Source of the DNA: a virus
Lineage: Duplodnaviria; Heunggongvirae; Uroviricota; Caudoviricetes
Direction: 5' to 3' (one strand)
Length of the DNA: 26,702 bases
Virus record (IMG/VR): IMGVR_UViG_2660238061_000004
In this document: one piece after another, positions 9,424 through 16,835 of the stretch
Layout: each line of letters begins with the position of its first letter
How positions within the stretch are numbered: position 1 is the first letter of the stretch
Made by a program: the position numbers and the translations under genes
Notes under the pieces: generated by a model
What the model saw: only the letters and a program-made list of their open reading frames with translations
The model's database searches: none
Told to the model about the DNA's origin: nothing

Positions 9424-9521
9424 GCTCTCACCTCCGATTATTTCGGGGTGCTATGTGTAATGGGGATCAGGCTCTCGGGCTGCATTAACAACAAGGCTTG
9501 TTGAGGAGGTTTCCCGGAGCC

Positions 9522-9550
9522 TGAAAAAGAAAAGGCCCGCGTATGCGAGC
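9522..9550 (-). terminator. candidate terminator in the late leader upstream of the lysis genes (tR-prime-like)
   Basis: Imperfect GC-rich stem ggcccgcgtatgcgagcc with a T-rich tract on the minus strand, about 100 bp upstream of the holin start. Confidence 0.3.
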
Positions 9551-9806
9551 CTCTATAAATTCTTTGCCACTTCCCGGAGTGGCCACGCTCATGCCCTTGA
9601 GCTGCTGTCGCATCATCGCCGCTTATCACCGGTGCGCGTCTGGCTTTCGCGCTGCTTTACCGGAGCTATTTTTAATCTATGAACCCTGACCCGTCACTAC
9701 ACAGGCTCGCTCAATGGCGACTCGGGGCAGCATCATGACTGCTGCATTGCCTTTCGGCTACGGTGTGTCCGTTCTACTCTACATTTTCATACCCTCCAGA
9801 AACGGC

Positions 9807-9837
9807 AAAGCCCCGCGGGGTTAACCGCAGGGCTTTA
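9807..9837 (-). other. near-perfect 12-bp inverted repeat between the Q-position gene and the holin
   Basis: aaagccccgcgg-ggttaa-ccgcagggcttt; weak T-run on the minus strand; could be a terminator or a protein-binding site. Confidence 0.3.
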
Positions 9838-9931
9838 AACGAAGGCAGTAACCCATCGTTGGAGAGAAATTAACACAGATTCGGGAAAAGTAAATAGCTC
9901 ACGATAAAATCGACAGCGATTAATTGGTGCT

Positions 9932-10762
9932 TTATCGAGTTATTGCTCGCAGTTGCGATTCGGCCCACGCTTCTTCCATGTCGAATTTGGTGATCAGCCG
10001 GTCGTAAAACGGCTTCACTGACTTTTTCCAGGTGTCCAGAGTAATGGCGTCGGTAATAAGGCAAACAGCCGCATATGCCTCAGTCGAGGGGATCCGCTCA
10101 TACCCGCGCCCGCCGCAGCGCTTGCAGTCGGCCATCACCGGCGCGCCCTGCTTTTCTGTCAGCGTCTTGCTGACAGCTTTTCCGCGCCCCTGGCAGTCAT
10201 TACATGCGCAGCTGACGACCTTCTTCCCTTTGCAGGCCGAGCACAGCACCCGGGCCACCTCTTTCACCTCACGCCGATTCTGATGCTGCGAAGGGATAAC
10301 CTTCAGCCCCCATTTTTTTGATTTTTGAATGATGTCTTTTGCGCAGCCAGAGATGCTGGTTTTCATACTAAAAACGTCAGCCTCAATGAACCCCTGCCCT
10401 GCGCAACATTCGCACCTCTTGACGCTGGCGGCGCTGCGGGAATAGTCCTCAAAAGCGAAGGTAGCAAGCTGGCGCATCACCAGCGGTTTAACCCCAGCGT
10501 CCAGTTTGCGCAGGGCAGCCACGCTATCGCATTTTGTCAGCGCATACTGGGCCAGCAGCTCGATCGCTCTCTCCCGATCGTTGTTGCTGATGCCCATCTT
10601 TCCGAGAAAGGCACTGTAGCCCATGGCGGCGCGTTCCTGGGTCATGCCCATGGCTGCCATGATGTCCGTTCCGGTCAGCGAGTCGGAGGCCGTAGCGCGC
10701 GGAGAGTCGCTAATCAGCGTCGATTTGGCGAAGTGGTATTTCACGGTGTTTTCGAGGTTCAT
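9932..10762 (-). CDS. late-gene antiterminator Q candidate with CxxCxGxG zinc-finger repeats
   Basis: 276-aa ORF between rusA and the holin, the position Q occupies in DLP12/lambda; four CxxCxGx(G) motifs. Assignment is mainly positional. Confidence 0.55.
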   Translation of the reverse strand: MNLENTVKYHFAKSTLISDSPRATASDSLTGTDIMAAMGMTQERAAMGYSAFLGKMGISNNDRERAIELLAQYALTKCDSVAALRKLDAGVKPLVMRQLATFAFEDYSRSAASVKRCECCAGQGFIEADVFSMKTSISGCAKDIIQKSKKWGLKVIPSQHQNRREVKEVARVLCSACKGKKVVSCACNDCQGRGKAVSKTLTEKQGAPVMADCKRCGGRGYERIPSTEAYAAVCLITDAITLDTWKKSVKPFYDRLITKFDMEEAWAESQLRAITR

Positions 10763-10895
10763 GCAGCAGCTCCTGCCAACTGGTTAATGCGAATAAAATT
10801 GCGAAGAATGCGGTAGTCCACCAGCACCGAACCCGGGCGGCGATAAATGCGGAGGCGTGTCCAGCGCATGCGGATTACCTCAATCAGTTCTGATG

Positions 10896-11258
10896 TCATA
10901 AGTCCCCCAGTTCGGTGATGGTCAGCTCCAGCCTGCCGCCCCTGACGACGGGCATCCGTATAACGCGGTAGTCGTCCACCAGCTGATCGTCCTGCCAGAA
11001 TCCGGCCTTAGTAAGCGCGTCGAACGCGGCCTTCTGCAGGTTGTCCAGGTCACGGCGGCGGCGGGCAGGCATATGGCACTCGATGCGAATCTTCACCGGG
11101 CCGGAGATGCCGATATCCAGCAGCTGGTCTTTGATGATTTGGGCCACGCGGTCGCGGTAAGCCTGCCCTTCCGTGCTGATGTGCGTACGCCCGCGATTGT
11201 GTCGGTAATAGCGGTTATTACTCGGTGGCCACGGCAATGTGATTTTGTACTCGCTCAC
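10896..11258 (-). CDS. rusA: Holliday junction resolvase RusA
   Basis: 120 aa from GTG ([26 protein letters not shown]...), matching DLP12 RusA as I recall it; track ORF is 10896..11387, start moved to the internal GTG that overlaps the upstream stop. Confidence 0.85.
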   Translation of the reverse strand: MSEYKITLPWPPSNNRYYRHNRGRTHISTEGQAYRDRVAQIIKDQLLDIGISGPVKIRIECHMPARRRRDLDNLQKAAFDALTKAGFWQDDQLVDDYRVIRMPVVRGGRLELTITELGDL

Positions 11259-11545
11259 GCTTTCACCTTCCCCTCTTTCAGCCAGATAACCTGCGTGCGG
11301 GCCATGCCCTCCAGCGCGCACTCCTTTGCATAATCCGCGTCGACCAGGCGAGTGCGGCGGTCGATTTCGTCGTGACAGCTGCTGCATGCAATGGTGGCAA
11401 TCAGATCAGGCGGCTTAATTCCGGTACCGCACAGCCCGGCCAGGCGAATATGCGCCAGCACGCTTGTGTCTGGGTTGCCGTTGCACACGCCGGGGATCCG
11501 AACCTGACATTCGCGACCGCGCGCAGCTTTGCGTAAATCCGCCAT
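11255..11545 (-). CDS. ybcO: YbcO-like protein (DUF1364 family)
   Basis: 96 aa from the internal Met ([25 protein letters not shown]...[13 protein letters not shown]), Cys-rich, closely resembling DLP12 YbcO from memory; sits immediately upstream of rusA as in DLP12. Confidence 0.75.
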   Translation of the reverse strand: MADLRKAARGRECQVRIPGVCNGNPDTSVLAHIRLAGLCGTGIKPPDLIATIACSSCHDEIDRRTRLVDADYAKECALEGMARTQVIWLKEGKVKA

Positions 11546-11547
11546 GC

Positions 11548-11754
11548 TCACCCCCAGACCTTCTGACGGAGTGACCGCGGCGTACGTTCCTGCCGGTGCG
11601 CCTCCGGCAGCCGGGCGCTGACGGTCCAGGTGACGTAATCGGGATTCAGGCTTCGCTCTACCTTCACGCCGCGGCGCCGGTATTCCGCCATGAGCTCGTC
11701 GGCCTGCTGCGTGGTGCACTCGGTGTGCTGGAACCATGTTTCTTTCATCGGCAT
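11548..11754 (-). CDS. hypothetical nin-region protein
   Basis: 68-69 aa ORF (MPMKETWFQHTECTTQQADELMAEYRRRG...) tightly packed between the DUF1367-like gene and the ybcO-like gene. Confidence 0.45.
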   Translation of the reverse strand: MPMKETWFQHTECTTQQADELMAEYRRRGVKVERSLNPDYVTWTVSARLPEAHRQERTPRSLRQKVWG

Positions 11755-12353
11755 CACCCCACGAAGCTCATGAGCTGCGCAGCGGCATTATCCGCGTCGC
11801 TACGGCTCTTGAATGCCCTGGACAGGATCCAACGCCACAGAACATCGAGTGCGGCCCTGTAGAGTTGCTGGAACTCGGTTTCGTCCATATTGGCGAAGGC
11901 GATGCTGCGGGGGTGTTTGCGGAGGGTGCCGTCAGGCAGCTGTATCGCGTCGTAGTGGCCGGATTCGATGGTTACCCAGGCGCGGTAGGCGTCGAATGAC
12001 TTGCAGGCGCTGATGCTGCCCGTGCGCTTATCAGCGATGCGCTCGAGATATTGCTCAGCGGCATCCAGCAGCGCCCCTTCGTTCCCGCCGTAGGAGGCCA
12101 GAAATCTGGCATAGCCGGTCACCAGCTTGCGTTCGTTGGAAGAGATCGCCCCGCCGGTTGGCTCCCAGTATTCGAACCCGAGGTTTAAAAGCGCGAAGAA
12201 GCGGCGGTGGAAAGCCGGATTGCGGACCTGTTTGAAGTCGGCTACCAGCACGGCGCCGAGTTTGATTTTTGATTGCAGAATATCGCTGGTCTCCGGCGTC
12301 GCGGGGATCAGGATTCCTGATGACTGCTTGATGAGTTGTAGTTCGTGCGCCAT
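11754..12353 (-). CDS. conserved phage protein, DUF1367-like
   Basis: 199-aa ORF (MAHELQLIKQSSGILIPATPETSDILQ...); size and position match the roughly 200-aa DUF1367 proteins of lambdoid nin regions, from memory. Confidence 0.5.
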   Translation of the reverse strand: MAHELQLIKQSSGILIPATPETSDILQSKIKLGAVLVADFKQVRNPAFHRRFFALLNLGFEYWEPTGGAISSNERKLVTGYARFLASYGGNEGALLDAAEQYLERIADKRTGSISACKSFDAYRAWVTIESGHYDAIQLPDGTLRKHPRSIAFANMDETEFQQLYRAALDVLWRWILSRAFKSRSDADNAAAQLMSFVG

Positions 12354-12387
12354 GGTTTCTCTCCGTGGCGCAGTAGGTTACGGTTGT

Positions 12388-12636
12388 TCAGACCGTTGAT
12401 TTCATATTATCAGAAGGTTGGGTTACCCGGTAGCCGAGACGGTTAATAAACTGCATAAAACCATTAGGAGTAAAGACCTCTTCATCATCCAGCAAAGGCC
12501 GCATAGAAACCATGCCATTGACGCGATAAATTAGATGCCTGCCCGATGAAGGAAAGCTAAACACCACGCAGCCGTCAGACCTTCTTACAATGTCATACCA
12601 GTTGTCTTCTGACGTTTGCAAAGCTGAATCACTCAC
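12388..12636 (-). CDS. small hypothetical protein downstream of the dinI-like gene
   Basis: 82-aa ORF (MSDSALQTSEDNWYDIVRRSDGCVVF...); same strand as and 117 bp after the dinI-like gene with no obvious terminator between them. Confidence 0.45.
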   Translation of the reverse strand: MSDSALQTSEDNWYDIVRRSDGCVVFSFPSSGRHLIYRVNGMVSMRPLLDDEEVFTPNGFMQFINRLGYRVTQPSDNMKSTV

Positions 12637-12753
12637 ATTTATGTTCTCCCTTCGAGCGACTAACAGACGCGATTAAAGATTGTCGGCAGCAGCATCAGAG
12701 GGTTACGCAAATTGCGGTATTCTGAAAAATGCGCGCCAGCCTTAAGCGCAATT

Positions 12754-12987
12754 CTAATAAAACCAGTCGTCAGCGCTTTCCCAGGTATCCTGGAGGATTG
12801 ATTCAATTTTCTTTTTATCGTCCTTGTCACCACCAAAAACACTTAACCCATCGGCCCCGGCACGGCGGATTGTGAGCCTGCAATTGTCATAGTGATCATT
12901 CAGGCGCTTAAGCAGTTCTTTCTCCAGTGCTGGTACTGCGCCTTTAGGAAGTTCTTTCATGCGATCAATGGTTAATTCAACTTTCAT
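12754..12987 (-). CDS. dinI: DinI-family protein
   Basis: 77 aa from the internal ATG (MKVELTIDRMKELPKGAVPALEKEL...ILQDTWESADDWFY) with the DinI C-terminal signature; GGGGG SD upstream; LexA box about 20 bp upstream. Confidence 0.8.
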   Translation of the reverse strand: MKVELTIDRMKELPKGAVPALEKELLKRLNDHYDNCRLTIRRAGADGLSVFGGDKDDKKKIESILQDTWESADDWFY

Positions 12988-13005
12988 AATGGCCCCCATT
13001 GCATG

Positions 13006-13050
13006 TACTGTGTTTTTATACAGTATACCTATGCGCGGAAATGATCAACG
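13006..13050 (-). promoter_or_regulatory. SOS box (LexA operator) overlapping the -10 of the dinI-like promoter
   Basis: TACTGTGTTTTTATACAGTA at 13006..13025 fits CTGT-N8-ACAG; on the minus strand TATACT overlaps the box and TTGATC lies about 15-16 bp upstream. Confidence 0.65.
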
Positions 13051-13094
13051 TTTTAAGAGCACAAATTGTTAATTTTCTGTCAGTTGTAAAAAAA

Positions 13095-13117
13095 GAAAAC
13101 CCGCCGTAGCGGGTTGA
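13095..13117 (-). terminator. rho-independent terminator for minus-strand transcription, left boundary of the AT-rich island
   Basis: aacccgc-cgta-gcgggtt perfect stem preceded by an A-run on plus (T-run on minus). Confidence 0.5.
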
Positions 13118-13478
13118 ATTAGCAGTGTTATATTAAGCGGCAATTTCTTTCTGCCGGCACAATCCCGAGAGATTCGCCCTCTGTATCGCATCATCAATGA
13201 GCACCTGTATGACCATGAGGCAAAGCGTTATCCAACTTGCATTCATCTTTTTCAATCAGCAAAGGAGTGGTTAGTGCTGTGAGTGGGCTTTGTTCACTTC
13301 ATGGTAGATAAATCAGCTATGGATAAGTGATAAGAGGTGAAATCAATCCGAATTAACAACCTGAAGCACATTAATCGGAACACAGATATTAAAATCCTAA
13401 AGTCTAGTAACAAATAGCCGATATGAGATATTGCTTATCAGTTTAAAAATCATCTATTGAAAAAATGGGGGGGAGGCG

Positions 13479-14042
13479 TTGAAGCGAGTAGAGCGCGATT
13501 TTATCTGTCTGTTTAATTGTGTGTGGTATCAAGATTTCCCTGTGTTCAAAGGTGAATATATCAACCGTTCCAACTGGACCATTCATGTTGGCCTGGTCAT
13601 GCGCGAGTGTGCAAAGTTAATGGGCGCAAGAACATTTTTTGAACAAGGCGGGCGTACCGATGCGGTCCTACAATATCCAGACAATCAAATTTTAACCTAT
13701 GTTGAGTGGGAGTATAATCAGGCAGACAGAGATAGCGTTAACGAGTTAGACAAACTGCTTGAAAAAAACGACAAGTGCTATTTCTCCACATTCATCTCAT
13801 ATTGTCAGCATGAAAACATCAATATTGTTATTGAAAAAGCAAGTAGAATATGGAGTGAAGCAAGCAGGCCTTTGATTTTTTTTCTTATCACCTATGAGCC
13901 TCAAACGAAAAAACGCCGCCATTTTTTAGAACTCAGAACTTATTTTTTCTCAAACGGCAAAAGAAAACTAGTTCGCAAACAACCTGCGCTTCCATGGGAT
14001 ATTGAGCAACGAAAATACAATGTCGAAGAAGATGCAGGATAG
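13479..14042 (+). CDS. orphan 187-aa protein, AT-rich, function unknown
   Basis: TTG start with strong GGGGGGAGG SD 3-4 nt upstream; roughly 40 percent GC by eye versus a GC-richer backbone; opposite strand to the surrounding phage genes. Confidence 0.5.
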   Translation: MKRVERDFICLFNCVWYQDFPVFKGEYINRSNWTIHVGLVMRECAKLMGARTFFEQGGRTDAVLQYPDNQILTYVEWEYNQADRDSVNELDKLLEKNDKCYFSTFISYCQHENINIVIEKASRIWSEASRPLIFFLITYEPQTKKRRHFLELRTYFFSNGKRKLVRKQPALPWDIEQRKYNVEEDAG

Positions 14043-14081
14043 AAGAGACATAAGGTTTTCACGACAGTCTCGTTCCGAGCC

Positions 14082-14463
14082 CTAACTAAAATATTCTGTT
14101 CGGAGCAACCAAATAGCTCTGGCTTTGCTGTGACCATGTTCGCGGTACCAACGCCTCTCTAGGTCCGCTTCTCGCTCATGGTGGACCAAAATCAAATCTA
14201 AAATGACGTGGCTAAGCGGGAGTACATAGTGAATGACAGGATGCTCCGGGCAGCACCATACTAATTCAGTTCCCGTCAGAGGTAGGCGTTGCTTCATGAT
14301 GGGATGAGCGCTCCCTCCAGACAATCCATGCGACAGCCGCCTCCCATGATATATATCCATTACCGCCATTTTTCGCTCTGCGGAGATTAACTGCATCACC
14401 AAACCTTTCAATGATGAATTTTTCAAATTCTATGCGTTTTTCTTCGTCGATTGTTGAATCCAT
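14082..14463 (-). CDS. pair of overlapping small ORFs (65 aa and about 71 aa) or one frameshifted gene
   Basis: Upstream frame MDSTIDEEKRIEFEKFIIERFGDAV... ends at 14266; second frame has a GGAGGGAG-ATG start near 14303 and runs to 14082 (MKQRLPLTGTELVWCCPEHPVIHYV...). Confidence 0.35.
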
Positions 14464-14530
14464 ACCTTCCCCAGAAGAGTCCTACGAATCGCTCTTATTG
14501 CATAAAAAATAGCATATACAATAGAGAGTG

Positions 14531-14550
14531 AAAAACCGACGTAGCGGGTT
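14531..14550 (-). repeat. degenerate second copy of the 13095 hairpin element
   Basis: aaaaaccgacgtagcgggtt versus aaaacccgccgtagcgggtt at 13097..13115; same orientation; stem is imperfect in this copy. Confidence 0.35.
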
Positions 14551-14742
14551 AACTTTATGTTACTCATGAGTCTTGTCTCGCTGCGACTTAAAAGCGGAAC
14601 ATTCTCGCGCAAGTTGCGTTGCTAAAGCTACGGGGTTGAATGGCTCTCCATGCCCATTTAAGAAGGCATGCGGTGTGTAGTTGAACGTTATTTAAAACAC
14701 AGATAGAATCAAGAAAAATCCTAAATAAATGGAATATTGTTT

Positions 14743-15123
14743 ATGGCTAAGAAAATCGCATTACTGGGCTTTTCTGCTCTTTTTGTTGCAAGTGTTGCTT
14801 TTGCTGAAACGACAAGTAACTGGGTTGAGGTTACTACAGCTGATGATGGCATTTTTTCAGCAAAAAAAGGCACATTTAGAAATGTAAAAGGTGATTCATC
14901 TGCCTTGTTCATGTATCAAACAAAAAATAAAAAAGTAGAGTACTACAAAGTTAGTATTAAAGATGCCGACTGTGATAGTGGATATGGGGAGATAAGATTC
15001 TTCTATATGGATGGGAAATTAGCTTTCAAAGGTGATTATGTTGCTGATGGGAACAGTGTTGGCGCAGGTATTGGTGATTTTATGTGTGGAGTCAGAATTG
15101 GACTTAACACACAAAAAAGTTAA
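14743..15123 (+). CDS. small secreted/periplasmic protein, function unknown
   Basis: MAKKIALLGFSALFVASVAFA signal peptide (AFA-E cleavage motif), about 105-aa mature domain with two Cys; AT-rich; no strong SD. Confidence 0.55.
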   Translation: MAKKIALLGFSALFVASVAFAETTSNWVEVTTADDGIFSAKKGTFRNVKGDSSALFMYQTKNKKVEYYKVSIKDADCDSGYGEIRFFYMDGKLAFKGDYVADGNSVGAGIGDFMCGVRIGLNTQKS

Positions 15124-15163
15124 ATGAGGGGCATTTGTTAAAAAACAATAGCCCCACATTAGA

Positions 15164-15365
15164 TCAATATTGGCTCCGGCATTTCTGGATAAAAGCTTCT
15201 ATGCTACGGCGCTCATAGCGAACAATCTTAGCGCTGAACTTTACACGGGGCCAATGTAGACCGGTGTCGGTGTTCTGTATTCCATTTACATAATGTTTTT
15301 TGCGTAATTCCCAGCTTCTGGCATACCTCGCCCGGAGTGAGGAGATCATCAGGTTGCTCAGTCAT
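15164..15365 (-). pseudogene. AlpA-family HTH regulator remnant, frameshifted
   Basis: ATG 15363..15365 with GAGG upstream gives MTEQPDDLLTPGEVCQKLGITQKTLCKW...; the track ORF 15164..15349 in another frame continues with GLHWPRVKFSAKIVRYERRSIEAFIQK, which fits the C-terminal half of an AlpA-type protein. Confidence 0.4.
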
Positions 15366-15537
15366 GTTATGCCTCGCTGTTATCTGGGGTGATGATTAGC
15401 AGCTTCCAGATGGCTGAGACATACATAGCCTGATGTTTCGCATCGACTAGGGCATTATGCATGTCACCTTCAAACGGCATGTCCCGAGTTCTCCCTTTTC
15501 GCCGCTTTCGCGTCGCATATTCTCCAAACGGTATTTA

Positions 15538-16095
15538 TCAATCATTACTGTTATCCTCGCAGTAGTAGTGCCGTCCCTCTGGGTCAGTAGATACATGTCC
15601 GCAGATATCGCATTCAATTCCAGGAAGCACCGATTCTGACTGCGCTTTGATATGCAGTCGCGGTTCACCGTCTTTCGGCTCTGGCCACTGGCGGTTTTTG
15701 TTAACCGCCAGCTTTTCTACCATCGCCAGGGTAATCTGCTTATCACTGATACCGGCACGACGTTGCGCATCCCATAACAGGAATTGCATGTCAGCCCATT
15801 CGCTCATCTCGTCTGGTTCCGCAGCAGCCTCGATAGCTTCTTTGGAAAGGTGCTTCAGCGGACCAACTGGACCGACATCGCCGAATGTTTCATCTGACCA
15901 TGCTGCATGTTCACAGCGTACCTGCTCACGGGCTATCGACTCCAGAACCCCATCAATCACCTTCACTGCATCAGCCATTGCGTAGCCGAGATTACCGCCG
16001 TCGCTTTGTGCTGCTGCTTTGCTGAGTATTTCGCGTATCTGGTGCAAGCGATCAAGTGATACAGGACCGTGCGCCGGGTGGTTGTTAGTTGTCAT
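15538..16095 (-). CDS. phage protein with MazG-like NTP pyrophosphohydrolase-type region (DUF550-like) and C-terminal Cys cluster
   Basis: 185 aa; segment EMSEWADMQFLLWDAQRRAGISDKQITLAMVEKLAVNKNRQW resembles MazG/DUF550 proteins from memory; CDICGH...YYCEDN at the C-terminus. Confidence 0.45.
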   Translation of the reverse strand: MTTNNHPAHGPVSLDRLHQIREILSKAAAQSDGGNLGYAMADAVKVIDGVLESIAREQVRCEHAAWSDETFGDVGPVGPLKHLSKEAIEAAAEPDEMSEWADMQFLLWDAQRRAGISDKQITLAMVEKLAVNKNRQWPEPKDGEPRLHIKAQSESVLPGIECDICGHVSTDPEGRHYYCEDNSND

Positions 16096-16098
16096 GGG

Positions 16099-16299
16099 TT
16101 AGTCCTCTACCTTGTTTCCGCAATGCGGGCAGTAATTGAACTTATGGGCGAATCCAGGATGCGGAACGGCAAAGCGTTTGGTTTTCTCGTTCCAGTCAGC
16201 AATTACGATTTCAAAATTTACGACCGCATTAGCCCAGTCACTGGAAAGAACTGGCTGCGACCCAATCAGGCCGACTATACAGCGATTACATTTTTCCAC
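16099..16299 (-). CDS. small zinc-ribbon protein
   Basis: 66 aa with CxxC at each end (CNRC ... CPHC); tightly packed in the operon. Confidence 0.45.
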   Translation of the reverse strand: MEKCNRCIVGLIGSQPVLSSDWANAVVNFEIVIADWNEKTKRFAVPHPGFAHKFNYCPHCGNKVED

Positions 16300-16303
16300 T
16301 GAC

Positions 16304-16498
16304 TCACACCCCCTTCACGCCAATGCCAGCAGTAAATCGCGACGGTGACCAATCGCAATATGTGTTCGACTCCGTGTGTCCAAAAATTGCTTTACAACGA
16401 TGGATATGGTGGCAATTACCACATGTTATGCCAGCCGGTAATCGCATCTTGTCGGGATCGGCTGGGTCATAATTCAACGCCAGTTTTTCGGTTGTCAT
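16304..16498 (-). CDS. small Cys/His-rich hypothetical protein
   Basis: 64-aa ORF (…GITCGNCHHIHRCKAIFGH…) with 4-nt overlaps to its neighbours. Confidence 0.4.
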   Translation of the reverse strand: MTTEKLALNYDPADPDKMRLPAGITCGNCHHIHRCKAIFGHTESNTYCDWSPSRFTAGIGVKGV

Positions 16499-16833
16499 GC
16501 TGGCATCCTCCCCACGATATCTATAACCCGACGCATAACCGCACTTCCCCGAAAATCTGCTGGTAACTCAATCAGAGGCTTACTCGAACCGTATGAGAAT
16601 CGTTGGAGATCGAAATCAATTACAGCCTTTGGGTCCCTGAACAAATCTAGACGACCGTAACGAATGAGTTCGCCGCGTTCGGCTGCTACGCGGAAATACT
16701 TCTCAGCAGTCTGACGATGCAGCGACAACATCTGTGATGCCTCGCTAACGGTTAAGCGTCCACGGATTTTCACCTCTTCGATGATCACCCGGATAAGTGC
16801 CGCCTGCTCTTCTGGTGTATTTGGTCTTGGCAT
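16495..16833 (-). CDS. hypothetical protein with putative HTH, immediately downstream of O
   Basis: 112-aa ORF; LTVSEASQMLSLHRQTAEKYF looks HTH-like; sits where P or a helicase loader would be but is too small for one. Confidence 0.45.
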   Translation of the reverse strand: MPRPNTPEEQAALIRVIIEEVKIRGRLTVSEASQMLSLHRQTAEKYFRVAAERGELIRYGRLDLFRDPKAVIDFDLQRFSYGSSKPLIELPADFRGSAVMRRVIDIVGRMPA

Positions 16834-16835
16834 GC

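Noticed and set aside
9424-9931. Possible tRNA genes between the Q-position gene and the holin, as in Stx-type phages
   Set aside because: No T-loop GGTTCGAATCC-like motif on either strand and no cloverleaf-like segment found by eye; the region is better explained as late leader with terminator hairpins.
10325-10816. 163-aa plus-strand ORF inside the Q-position gene
   Set aside because: Antisense overlap with the Cys-motif gene that fits the operon; translation is Ala/Gly-rich and featureless.
14430-14612. 60-aa minus-strand ORF in the island's intergenic region
   Set aside because: It overlaps the likely promoter region for the divergent genes and has no SD; probably noncoding.
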